A stretch of 59,733 nucleotides of DNA, taken from NCBI GenBank assembly GCA_022798895.1, contig JAAWNJ010000001.1, positions 1 to 59,733 of the forward strand, given 5' to 3'. Source of the DNA: Clostridia bacterium (GTDB taxonomy: Bacteria; Bacillota; Clostridia; TANB77; CAG-508). Of the stretch, positions 18,670 through 26,419 are shown piece by piece. The notes beneath the pieces are model-generated. The model was not told the origin of the DNA, did no database searches, and saw only the letters and a list, made by a program, of their open reading frames with translations. The first letter of the stretch is position 1; each line of letters begins with the position of its first letter. The position numbers and the translations under genes are program-made.

Positions 18670-19244
18670 ATATAAAACAAATATATTATTAGAGTTTCCC
18701 CTTACAATTAATTATCTATCTTAATTATTCAACCACTAGGAAGATAAATCTGAGCATAAAGTTGCGACCTCTATACTTTTTACCCCTTTTCAAAGTTCCT
18801 TTTACAAAACCTTTACCCTACATACGATTGATTACGTATAAATTCCACCCATCATTCAGATATTGATGTTATTTTCCTAATAACAAAATTTGCTCTGTTT
18901 TTATCTCGTTTGGGCTACTTTAACCTAGTTATGTCTTATAGTTCCTTTTCAAGAACTTCACGAGAAATAGTCTTACTTAGCATTACCTACATTGCTTTAT
19001 ATTTGCTAAATATAAGTTATAGGCTTATTGACTACTAGTCCGTCTATTGCGACTACGACAACTCTAGTGTTTTATTAAGCGATAATATTTGCACATTATC
19101 CAGTATTGGTTTTAACACCTACTCTACATACATTACTGTACATAGAAAGCAACCTTACAAACGTATCCGTCTGTCTAACTACTTATCGGATAATTCCAAG
19201 CCACATGATATTGTGGTTTAGCACTTGGGTAATAATATATTTAT
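18670..19244 (-). ncRNA. ORF-free structured RNA segment between tRNA-like genes
   Basis: No SD-preceded ORF on either strand, and visibly higher G+C than the flanks. Many nested helices, e.g. CCAAG..CCACA-ATATCA-TGTGG-CTTGG (19196-19228), TATCCG..CGGATA, and GATAAT-GTGCAAAT-ATTATC. Confidence 0.35.
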
Positions 19245-19323
19245 TGGAGCTTTCTATAGGATTTGAACCTACATTAAAGGTTTAATTACTATTCCAATGT
19301 GTTTCCATTTACACTAAGAAAGC
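19245..19323 (-). ncRNA. tRNA-like RNA lacking a canonical anticodon arm
   Basis: Perfect acceptor GCTTTCT/AGAAAGC + T + CCA. D arm GTGT-AAATGGAA-ACAC. Canonical T arm GTAGG-TTCAAAT-CCTAT. The 25-nt anticodon region forms only an AT hairpin. Confidence 0.45.
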
Positions 19324-19426
19324 ATATACAGGAATTGCACTATTCCAACTAGTATGTAGAGGCTTAATTTGCCTCTAGGCTGTGCATTTCCAGAAACCTT
19401 TTCTACAACTTGGTAGATAGGTAATT

Positions 19427-19567
19427 TGTGTAGGTAATAATTTGCACATTACATGTTCCCTCTCACGCACAATTTAACCGACAGTCACCGAATTTAATCT
19501 CGTGTCACATTGCTAACTACTAAGAGGAAACTTACAGTTTAGCGTCTACCTATTCCGCCACTACACA
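19427..19567 (-). ncRNA. Expanded tRNA-Tyr-like RNA (~141 nt)
   Basis: Acceptor TGTGTAG...CTACACA. Class-II-type D arm GCGG-AATAGGTAGA-CGC. CTGTAAG loop (GTA) on a bulged stem. ~65-nt insert. T-like arm GTAATG-TGCAAAT-TATTAC. No encoded CCA. Confidence 0.35.
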
Positions 19568-19688
19568 TCTTTGCAAGCCTAATCACTTGCTAGGAATTGA
19601 AGCCCTCATATTTTATATAAATATTACTTGCCACCTATTTATTTCACAATTCTTTAACTATATAAAGATAGTTAGTGATTGTTAAAAA

Positions 19689-19949
19689 CTAATCAATTTT
19701 AATACACTTATTTTCAAATTTCTTGTAAGCATCTAAGTATAATTCTTTTTTATCTCCGTTATATGTAAGTTCATAATACATTCCATCAGATAAACTTGTA
19801 CTTAATAATGCTTTATTGTTTTGTAATGTTTTGCAACTCCATACAATATATACTGAAAAACTTTCTACTTTATCTGTTTTGTCTAAATGCTCTAAAGCAT
19901 ATTTTCTAACTATGTCTTTGCATAATTCTTCAAAATTATCATTACTCAT
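19689..19949 (-). CDS. Hypothetical protein
   Basis: 86 aa; AGGAGG + 9 nt + ATG. Confidence 0.65.
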   Translation of the reverse strand: MSNDNFEELCKDIVRKYALEHLDKTDKVESFSVYIVWSCKTLQNNKALLSTSLSDGMYYELTYNGDKKELYLDAYKKFENKCIKID

Positions 19950-19962
19950 TCTAATTTTCCTC

Positions 19963-20169
19963 CTAATCTTTCTTTACTGTAACTTTAAATATTGAACTTA
20001 AAATCCATACTATAAATGCTACTGCTAGTCCATGCCAATAAGTCCAAGTAAAGGTTATTCCAAATGCCCATATTATAAATGAACCTATTCCCCAAAATAT
20101 TAAGCCTGATAGTGCAAATCCTATTGTTAAGCCTAAAATTATTGCTATAATTGTTTCTAATACTTTCAT
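19963..20169 (-). CDS. Small two-TM membrane protein
   Basis: 68 aa with two hydrophobic helices; ATG overlaps the upstream stop. Confidence 0.6.
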   Translation of the reverse strand: MKVLETIIAIILGLTIGFALSGLIFWGIGSFIIWAFGITFTWTYWHGLAVAFIVWILSSIFKVTVKKD

Positions 20170-20514
20170 TTACTTTACTTCCATATTCCTTACACCTATT
20201 TCTGGTTTATTTCCAAAGAAATTACTATACAATATCTTTATTCCATATTTTGTTGCTACTTCGTGTTCTATAACACAACCTCTTGCTTCTCGCCAATTAT
20301 CACACATATATATTGCATCTATATCTTTCATGGCACTTATTGATTTTCCTAAATAAAATACTGCCGTATTACAATTTTCTGGTGCTTCTTCTGAAAATAA
20401 TGTATTTATTACATCTATGTGCATTTTATTGAATTTATCTACTATTTCTTTTCTCTCTGTCTTTATTTGTTCTTCCGTTTTACCTCTCATAGGTTGACTT
20501 ATCATTATTTTCAT
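20170..20514 (-). CDS. Hypothetical protein (possibly nucleoside deoxyribosyltransferase-like fold)
   Basis: 114 aa, tightly packed with its neighbours. The fold assignment is only a recollection. Confidence 0.4.
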   Translation of the reverse strand: MKIMISQPMRGKTEEQIKTERKEIVDKFNKMHIDVINTLFSEEAPENCNTAVFYLGKSISAMKDIDAIYMCDNWREARGCVIEHEVATKYGIKILYSNFFGNKPEIGVRNMEVK

Positions 20515-20712
20515 TTATCTCTCATCTCCTTTTATCATAATTGGTATATCTGCTATAAATTCGTCTATTTGTCTTGCTTTCTTTTCATAATGGTTAATAA
20601 TAGATGTATGTTCACTATTAGTTGAACAATACATTATTTGACTATTAGCTATATTCCACTTGCATTTTGCTAATAATCTATGTAATTCTATATAATCTTC
20701 TTCGTTATCCAT
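20515..20712 (-). CDS. Hypothetical protein
   Basis: 65 aa, contiguous with its neighbours. Confidence 0.5.
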   Translation of the reverse strand: MDNEEDYIELHRLLAKCKWNIANSQIMYCSTNSEHTSIINHYEKKARQIDEFIADIPIMIKGDER

Positions 20713-20724
20713 AAATTACTTCTT

Positions 20725-21015
20725 TTATATTTCCTCGTAAACTCCATTCTTATCTTTCATTTTCTTTAAACACTCTTTAAATTCATTCTCGCTCATATTG
20801 TTTGGAACAAACCTATCAACTACTTCTTGAAAATCATAGATATAATTATCAAATATGTCTTGTGCTTCTTCTCTTGCTTTCCATTCTTGATAACCTCGTT
20901 TCATTATTACTTTTACATAGTCCTCAAACGTCATATTTATATGTGTAGGATGTTCAACCACTGTACTAAACCTACAATATTTTCCATTAGGTTGTTTTGA
21001 TATAAAACCTCCCAT
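20725..21015 (-). CDS. Hypothetical protein
   Basis: 96 aa; AGGAGA + ATG. Confidence 0.6.
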   Translation of the reverse strand: MGGFISKQPNGKYCRFSTVVEHPTHINMTFEDYVKVIMKRGYQEWKAREEAQDIFDNYIYDFQEVVDRFVPNNMSENEFKECLKKMKDKNGVYEEI

Positions 21016-21025
21016 AAATTATCTC

Positions 21026-21481
21026 CTAACAATATAATTTAGCCCATTTAGTATTTTCAAAAGTCTTAGATAATGTCTTGTTTACTCTAGCACCTCTCAT
21101 AAATATATATGGATTAACTAAGTAATTGTTCTCTTTACCTGTTCTTACTTTGGCTAATATCTTTTTATCTACTAATTCGTCTATTGCTCTTACAATGCTT
21201 GTATTAGATATAAAATCACATCTTCTTTTAATGTCATCTAATGTCAATTTAGATCCATTTTCATAGGCTAAATAACCTGTATCATACCTAACATATTGTA
21301 ATAGCTCTAAACATACTGACATTTCTGTAGAAGATAGTTTCTCTCTTGCCAACACACTAGCTGATTTCAGAAAGAACTTAACATACATTTCTGTTTTTTG
21401 TATTTCATCTGTATTTTTTAGAAAATCTATTGACTTTTTTCTTAAAACTCTATCTCCTTCATTAAGTTCTACGTAATTCCT
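21026..21481 (-). CDS. RepL-like / winged-helix DNA-binding protein; proposed AGG start
   Basis: ..STEMSVCLELLQYV..NTSIVRAIDELVDKKILAKV..YLVNPYIFMRG.. The frame opens right after the upstream TAG. AGGAGG + 8 nt + AGG at 21481. ATG 21388 has no SD. Confidence 0.6.
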   Translation of the reverse strand, partial: RNYVELNEGDRVLRKKSIDFLKNTDEIQKTEMYVKFFLKSASVLAREKLSSTEMSVCLELLQYVRYDTGYLAYENGSKLTLDDIKRRCDFISNTSIVRAIDELVDKKILAKVRTGKENNYLVNPYIFMRGARVNKTLSKTFENTKWAKLYC

Positions 21482-21493
21482 TCTGTTTTCCTC

Positions 21494-21898
21494 CTAATAA
21501 TCTTTATCATAGTAATCGTCGTCATCTTCTAATGGTAACTCATAAATTCCACTAACAAATTCTTGTATCTTTTTCCATCTTTGCTCTCTATCTTCTATCT
21601 TTTCTTCTAGTTCTTTAATTCTATTTTCTTTTGCTTTTAATTTCTTGTCTAATTTCTCTATCTCTGCTTCTTTATTATGCTTTGCTATTCTTTTCATTAA
21701 AGTATCGTCAAAATGTACTATTTTCTTTTTTTTACAATTCTGCACATCAAAACACATTCTTGCTCTATCTGTTGATATGTATTCTCCTCCAAAACCTATA
21801 ATAGACTTGTATTCCATTATTTCTGGTTCTAAAGTTGTTCCTACTAATATTCCTGTAACATATTCTAAATTCTCATCATCATATATTAAAATATTCAT
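21494..21898 (-). CDS. Hypothetical coiled-coil protein
   Basis: GAGGAGG + ATG (MNILIYDD..). The ORF-track start further upstream lies in the repeat region. Confidence 0.55.
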   Translation of the reverse strand: MNILIYDDENLEYVTGILVGTTLEPEIMEYKSIIGFGGEYISTDRARMCFDVQNCKKKKIVHFDDTLMKRIAKHNKEAEIEKLDKKLKAKENRIKELEEKIEDREQRWKKIQEFVSGIYELPLEDDDDYYDKDY

Positions 21899-21912
21899 AT
21901 ATTCCTCCTCAA

Positions 21913-21967
21913 CATGTGTCAAATTTGGTATATGAAACCCACTTTCATGTGTCAAATTTGGTATATG
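21913..21967. repeat. Two copies of 22-bp direct repeat catgtgtcaaatttggtatatg (period 33)
   Basis: Exact copies at 21913-21934 and 21946-21967. Each carries TTGACA on the minus strand, upstream of the 21898 gene. Confidence 0.8.
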
Positions 21968-22173
21968 TTCATTTTCTATATTCCTTTACTCTCCCTAAGT
22001 ACACAGCTTTATTTTTCACCTTTCAGTCCTCTTATTTCTATAATTGGGGATACAAAAAAGTCTCTCACCTTTATTGGGGCAAAAAAATAGGCTACTAGGC
22101 AGGTGACCAAACAAGCCACCTACTTAGTACCCTTGCAAGAGTATTTATTTTTATTTAATTATATCAAATCAAT

Positions 22174-22197
22174 TTGTAAAGTCAATATACTTTACAA
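22174..22197. promoter_or_regulatory. Perfect palindrome ttgtaaagt-caatat-actttacaa (operator candidate)
   Basis: 9-bp arms in the divergent intergenic region 21.96-22.58 kb. Confidence 0.5.
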
Positions 22198-22585
22198 AAC
22201 TTCACAAAACTTTCGCATTTAAGGTCTTTTTATGATATGGAAATTTTTAAGTGGGTTACACACTCCCCTAGGCTCTTTCTATATATAGGGGCAGGGATAT
22301 AATATAGTAATATTACTAAAGTAGAATGTAAATACTAATTGCTACAAGTGTTGATATAACTACGTTGTAGCATATTACAACAACAAAGTTTCAAAAGTAT
22401 TGACATTACTGTATTTTTAGTATAAATAATTACTCCAATTTTGGTTACTTATTACATATCATAATAAACACTAAATATAAATAAAAACTATCAATAATAT
22501 ATAATATTGCACATTACAACACATCTTGACATACTAACTATATAAGTATATACTATACTCAATAGTAAAAAAAGGAGGAATAAAT

Positions 22586-23071
22586 ATGGAAAAAGAACAA
22601 ACAAGTTTATTGAAGAAATGGTGGTTTTGGACTATTATTGTATTGACAACTTTATGTATTGTTTTAATTTATTTGTTATTTGCAAAAAAAGACAATTTAA
22701 CAGCTAATACAAATGATATAATATCTCAAATAAGAAAAATAAGTAATCAATCTATATTGTATATATCAAATGATACTTTACTAATCTATGCTGAACATTT
22801 TAACGGTGTTGAAGGAGAATTAGAAGAAATTATGAACTTTGTAAAAGACAATAGAACTTCTATTTTTAAAGATTATAATAAATTAATTACTATTAGTTTA
22901 ATTGATAATTCAAAAGATGAATATTTAATATTAAAACAAGAGCTTAACTTGTTTGACTTTAGTCTAACTTCAGATAAAACATATATTGACTTTGAAGATT
23001 ATAAGAAATTATTTAATAAATACGAAGGCACTATGGAGGATTATACTGACTTATTTACATCTATTTATTAG
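22586..23071 (+). CDS. Membrane-anchored protein (N-terminal TM)
   Basis: 161 aa. AAGGAGG + ATG. TM segment WWFWTIIVLTTLCIVLIYLLF. A GC hairpin terminator follows. Confidence 0.7.
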   Translation: MEKEQTSLLKKWWFWTIIVLTTLCIVLIYLLFAKKDNLTANTNDIISQIRKISNQSILYISNDTLLIYAEHFNGVEGELEEIMNFVKDNRTSIFKDYNKLITISLIDNSKDEYLILKQELNLFDFSLTSDKTYIDFEDYKKLFNKYEGTMEDYTDLFTSIY

Positions 23072-23128
23072 ACCCACCACCCCACTTATTGTGGGGCTTT
23101 ATTTTTTATATTATTTTAGTAAAAAACA

Positions 23129-23157
23129 TTGACAACGTATACGAAATACAGTATAAT
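23129..23157 (+). promoter_or_regulatory. Sigma-A-type promoter P1 (TTGACA-17-TATAAT)
   Basis: Shares the 17-mer cattgacaacgtatacg with P2. Confidence 0.6.
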
Positions 23158-23185
23158 AAATATAGTTAATAAGTGAGGTGAAAAA

Positions 23186-23365
23186 ATGGAAGATAAAAAA
23201 AGAGATTATCAAAAAGAGTATGAAAACGAACGTAATAAAATTAAGCGATACACTTTGCGTGTGCCAGTTTCCACAGCAAAAGCATTCGATGAAAAACTAA
23301 AAAAGGAAAATAAAAAATATAGTGAAGTTTTGCTACTTGCTATTGATAAATATTTAAAAAAATAA
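23186..23365 (+). CDS. Ribbon-helix-helix (CopG/Arc-like) small DNA-binding protein
   Basis: 59 aa. GAGGTG + ATG. ..KRYTLRVPVSTAKAFDEKLKKENKKYSEVLLLAIDKYL.. shows a strand-helix-helix pattern. Confidence 0.5.
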   Translation: MEDKKRDYQKEYENERNKIKRYTLRVPVSTAKAFDEKLKKENKKYSEVLLLAIDKYLKK

Positions 23366-23386
23366 TAAAAATTTTTTTAAAAAGCA

Positions 23387-23416
23387 TTGACAACGTATAC
23401 GTTTTTGTAGTATAAT
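23387..23416 (+). promoter_or_regulatory. Sigma-A-type promoter P2 (TTGACA-18-TATAAT) with palindrome ACGTATACGT
   Basis: Duplicate of the P1 core. Followed by a ~185-nt leader containing the hairpin GCTAGT..GGAA..TTCC..ACTAGC. Confidence 0.6.
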
Positions 23417-23602
23417 ATAATCATAGCAAGGGAGAAATACCCAAACTAAAAAAAAGCTAGTCAGGAACGGCAATTCCCAACTAGCAAACAGAGTTAATAA
23501 AAATTGGTTGCACAACTTTTATAAAAATACTCTATTTCTATAATAGAACGAATTTATAAAAAAGTCAAGTAAAAGTTTTTGTTAACTCGGAAAGGAGATT
23601 GT

Positions 23603-23773
23603 ATGAGTAAAACAAAAGAAAAATTACTTGACGTTTTTTATTTTGAAACAGATAAGGATATAACATTTTATAGCACTTTCAACAATAACAAAATAACACT
23701 ACTAAAAAATGCTTATACTTTTAATCAATTTCAGAATATTAAAGACAAGTACAATTTTATTTCATTAGTTTGA
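23603..23773 (+). CDS. Hypothetical protein
   Basis: 56 aa; AAAGGAG + ATG. Confidence 0.5.
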   Translation: MSKTKEKLLDVFYFETDKDITFYSTFNNNKITLLKNAYTFNQFQNIKDKYNFISLV

Positions 23774-23834
23774 AAAAATCAAGGGCTAGAGGCTAAGCCT
23801 CTTCCCTATAAATAAATTTTAGGAGGATAAGAAA

Positions 23835-24098
23835 ATGAGAAAATTAAAAATAAAAAAAGTATATGAAAGCAAAGGGATTTTTGGAATGTTGTCAATATTA
23901 TGCGACATAAGAAATAGTATATTTTATCAAAATAAAGAAAGAATAGATAGTTTGATAGATACATTTAGATACAATTTTAACGAGATAGAGTTTGAAGATA
24001 TTTTTAAAGATGATGATAATAGAATTTATTGTATTCAAACAGCAAGTAATAAATTCATTGAAGTAGATAAAAAAGATTTAATAAATTTTGAATTTTAA
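23835..24098 (+). CDS. Hypothetical protein
   Basis: 87 aa; AGGAGG + ATG. Confidence 0.6.
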   Translation: MRKLKIKKVYESKGIFGMLSILCDIRNSIFYQNKERIDSLIDTFRYNFNEIEFEDIFKDDDNRIYCIQTASNKFIEVDKKDLINFEF

Positions 24099-24117
24099 TA
24101 AAAAGGTGGTTTTAATT

Positions 24118-24249
24118 ATGGAAAAAATAATTGATTTTAAATATGCTATTAGTTGGAGAATAAATCAGCTAATACACAAAATAATAAACAAACCAGTAAA
24201 AGGCTATAAAAGAACATTATTAATAAAAGAAATTATAAAAGGAGGATAA
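24118..24249 (+). CDS. Hypothetical small protein (43 aa)
   Basis: AAGGTGG + 9 nt + ATG, in tight spacing with its neighbours. Confidence 0.4.
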   Translation: MEKIIDFKYAISWRINQLIHKIINKPVKGYKRTLLIKEIIKGG

Positions 24250-24253
24250 AATA

Positions 24254-24382
24254 ATGGAAATTATAAGCAAAGAAGAATATAAAAAACTATGCAAAGACTA
24301 TAAAACAATTACAAACGGTCAACATTATATTTTAAAATTAACTGAAAGCGGTACTTGTTTAGTACCTGTGATAGTAAAATAG
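24254..24382 (+). CDS. Hypothetical small protein (42 aa)
   Basis: AAGGAGG + 8 nt + ATG. Confidence 0.4.
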   Translation: MEIISKEEYKKLCKDYKTITNGQHYILKLTESGTCLVPVIVK

Positions 24383-24404
24383 AAAGGTTTAAAAGGTGGT
24401 AAAA

Positions 24405-24695
24405 ATGAAAAATTATGAAAATATTTATATATTAAAAGGAAGTTTAACAGAAGAACAAGCAAAAAAGGAAATTGAAGAAATAACAAAATATTTTGAAAGT
24501 GTAAAAACATTAAAAAAAGAAAATGATGTAAACGGATTTTTAGGCAAGAAAAAATTGGCTTATGAGATAAAGAGCGAAATTACAGGCTATTACTATATGA
24601 CATACTTCGAAGGAACAGAAAGTAAAGTTGAAAAAATAGAAAATCAATTACGATTAAATGATAATGTAATAAAATTTATAACAATTAGATTTTAA
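24405..24695 (+). CDS. Ribosomal protein bS6 (RpsF)-like paralogue
   Basis: 96 aa. MKNYENIYIL..LGKKKLAYEIKSEITGYYYMTYFEG..LRLNDNVIKFITIRF follows the bS6 pattern (YE..yi..,.G.r.LAY.I...G.Y.., R....V.r). Confidence 0.7.
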   Translation: MKNYENIYILKGSLTEEQAKKEIEEITKYFESVKTLKKENDVNGFLGKKKLAYEIKSEITGYYYMTYFEGTESKVEKIENQLRLNDNVIKFITIRF

Positions 24696-24707
24696 GAGGT
24701 GTAAGTA

Positions 24708-24956
24708 ATGAAAGAAGTTAAAACAATATCGATTGATGAAATTATAACACTAGCATTTCGCAAATATAAATTAAGTGGAAAAAAATCAATGAATACATTT
24801 ATATTCACGCAAACCAAGAAATTAAGCGAAGAAGATTACGACAAAATACTTGATACATTAGAAATCAAAATAAAAGAATACGAAGAAAACAAAAAACAAA
24901 AAGCTGAAGAAGAAATGCAAAGAGAAATTGAAAGAATAGTTTTGAAGGCGGTGTAA
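24708..24956 (+). CDS. Hypothetical protein
   Basis: 82 aa; GAGGTG + ATG. Confidence 0.55.
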   Translation: MKEVKTISIDEIITLAFRKYKLSGKKSMNTFIFTQTKKLSEEDYDKILDTLEIKIKEYEENKKQKAEEEMQREIERIVLKAV

Positions 24957-24959
24957 TAT

Positions 24960-25732
24960 ATGAAAGTAGCAATATACACAAGAGTATCAACACAAATGCA
25001 AGTTGATAAGGGTGTTTCACTAGATGCCCAAAAATGCGAATTAATAGAATATTGTAATAAAAATCGGTTATGATTATGAGATTTTTGAAGATGCAGGAAT
25101 TAGTGGAAAAAGTATCAACAAAAGGAAAGAATTACAAAGGCTTTTAAATAATTTACAAAATTATGATGTAGTTTTATGTTATAAACTTTCAAGAATTTCA
25201 AGAAGTGTAAAAGACATGTCAAATATGCTTGATAAATTTCAAAAAGCAAACACAAGGTTCATAAGTTTAAAGGAAAATATTGATACAGAACAAGTAACAG
25301 GCAAGCTACTTATATATATTATTTCTATATGTGCTGAGATTGAAAGGGATAACATAAGCGAATACGTAAAAATGGCTAAAAAACAAGAGTTTGAAAGTCG
25401 GAAGAGTCACAGCAAAAGCCGTTTTAGGCTATGACATTATCAATAAAAAGCTAGTTTTAAACGAAAAAGAAAGTCAAATTGTAAAATTCATATTTGAAAC
25501 ATACAACAAAACTAAAAATTATTATCAAACGGCTAAAATATGCAATAATAAAGGTTATAAAGGTAAAAAAGGAAATGAGTTTCACGCTTCCAGCATTAAA
25601 ACAATAATTCAAAATCAAATTTATTGTGGATTTAATAATTTCCACGATACAGAAGGCAAAAAAGGAACACATAAACAAATAATAAGTAAAGCATTATATA
25701 ATAAAGTTAACAATATTCAAGAAGTAGCATAA
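24960..25732 (+). pseudogene. Serine recombinase (resolvase/invertase-type), frameshifted
   Basis: N-terminus MKVAIYTRVSTQMQ..SLDAQ stops at ~25073, then continues in two other frames (..DVVLCYKLSRISRS.., ..AEIERDNISEYVK.., ..GYDIINKKLVLNEKESQIVKFIF..). Confidence 0.75.
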
Positions 25733-25981
25733 AATAGAGGCTTTGAACCTCTATTTTTTATATTTTATTTAATTTATTTATTGTATTTTAGTATATGCTT
25801 TTATTTGCTTTTATTTGCCATTTTAAGCCGTTTTATATTTTATACATATAAGTTGTTGTTTTTAACATTAAAGTGTCTAAAAAGCACCTTTATTTAGTAG
25901 TTTTTCAACCTAATTTTAGTCATTTTTTATTTTTCTAAGATTCTACAAATAATTATATATTTTTTGAGTAAAAATGCTAGT

Positions 25982-26257
25982 CTAAAATCTTCTTCTGCCT
26001 TTGTGAAAAAATGACAAAGTTAAATCTTTTTCTATTGTAGCCAACCGTAACTCTTTGCATTTTTCATTTATGGCTTGTATCTCTTGTGCATTCATTATAT
26101 CATCTGCATCTATACTTATTGTTTTATTATTGTAAAAAATTATTTTAATATATCCTTTATCAACTACTGTGTTTGTAGTGGTGTTCAGTTCTTCTACAAA
26201 TTCACTATTGCTAACTTCATACCCTAAACTTTTAAACATCTCATCTGCTTTTAACAC
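25982..26257 (-). CDS. Hypothetical protein (paralogue of 34410..34628)
   Basis: AAGGAGA + 6 nt + GTG. Shares KADEMFK(S/N)LGY and QE(I/L)QAINEK with the 34410 gene. The ORF-track N-terminal extension overlaps a tRNA fragment. Confidence 0.6.
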   Translation of the reverse strand: MLKADEMFKSLGYEVSNSEFVEELNTTTNTVVDKGYIKIIFYNNKTISIDADDIMNAQEIQAINEKCKELRLATIEKDLTLSFFHKGRRRF

Positions 26258-26340
26258 ACCTATTCTCCTTTTGCACAAATATATATAATGTGGGTTAGGA
26301 TTTGCACCTAACATTAGCCAAGTCCTATAACCCATATCTA

Positions 26341-26405
26341 TGTTAGAATTGAACTAACTCACAACCAAGCCTTTGATATTGTGTCTACCTATTCCACCAC
26401 CACAT
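26341..26405 (-). other. tRNA fragment / tRNA-like remnant at the island border
   Basis: Canonical T arm GTTAG-TTCAATT-CTAAC and D arm GTGG-AATAGGTAGA-CAC (near-identical to the D arm at 19.55 kb), but no matching acceptor 3' strand or anticodon arm. Confidence 0.45.
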
Positions 26406-26419
26406 TATTTTTTATGTAA

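Larger units (their letters stand above)
21956..25980 (+). mobile_element. Plus-strand cargo island inside the prophage, ending in a decayed serine recombinase
   Basis: Ten plus-strand ORFs interrupt an otherwise minus-strand phage. The island has its own consensus promoters and terminators. A recombinase pseudogene and a tRNA fragment lie at the right border. Confidence 0.5.

Noticed and set aside
2568-21481. The AGG starts as a systematic sequencing artefact (ATG miscalled at a modified motif)
   Set aside because: The 12 sites share no motif beyond A-AGG, and many A-ATG starts nearby are intact. This is not formally excluded without reads.
25982-26335. The 117-aa version of this ORF
   Set aside because: The N-terminal 25 codons overlap a tRNA fragment. 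A GTG with a good SD at 26257 matches the paralogue's start.
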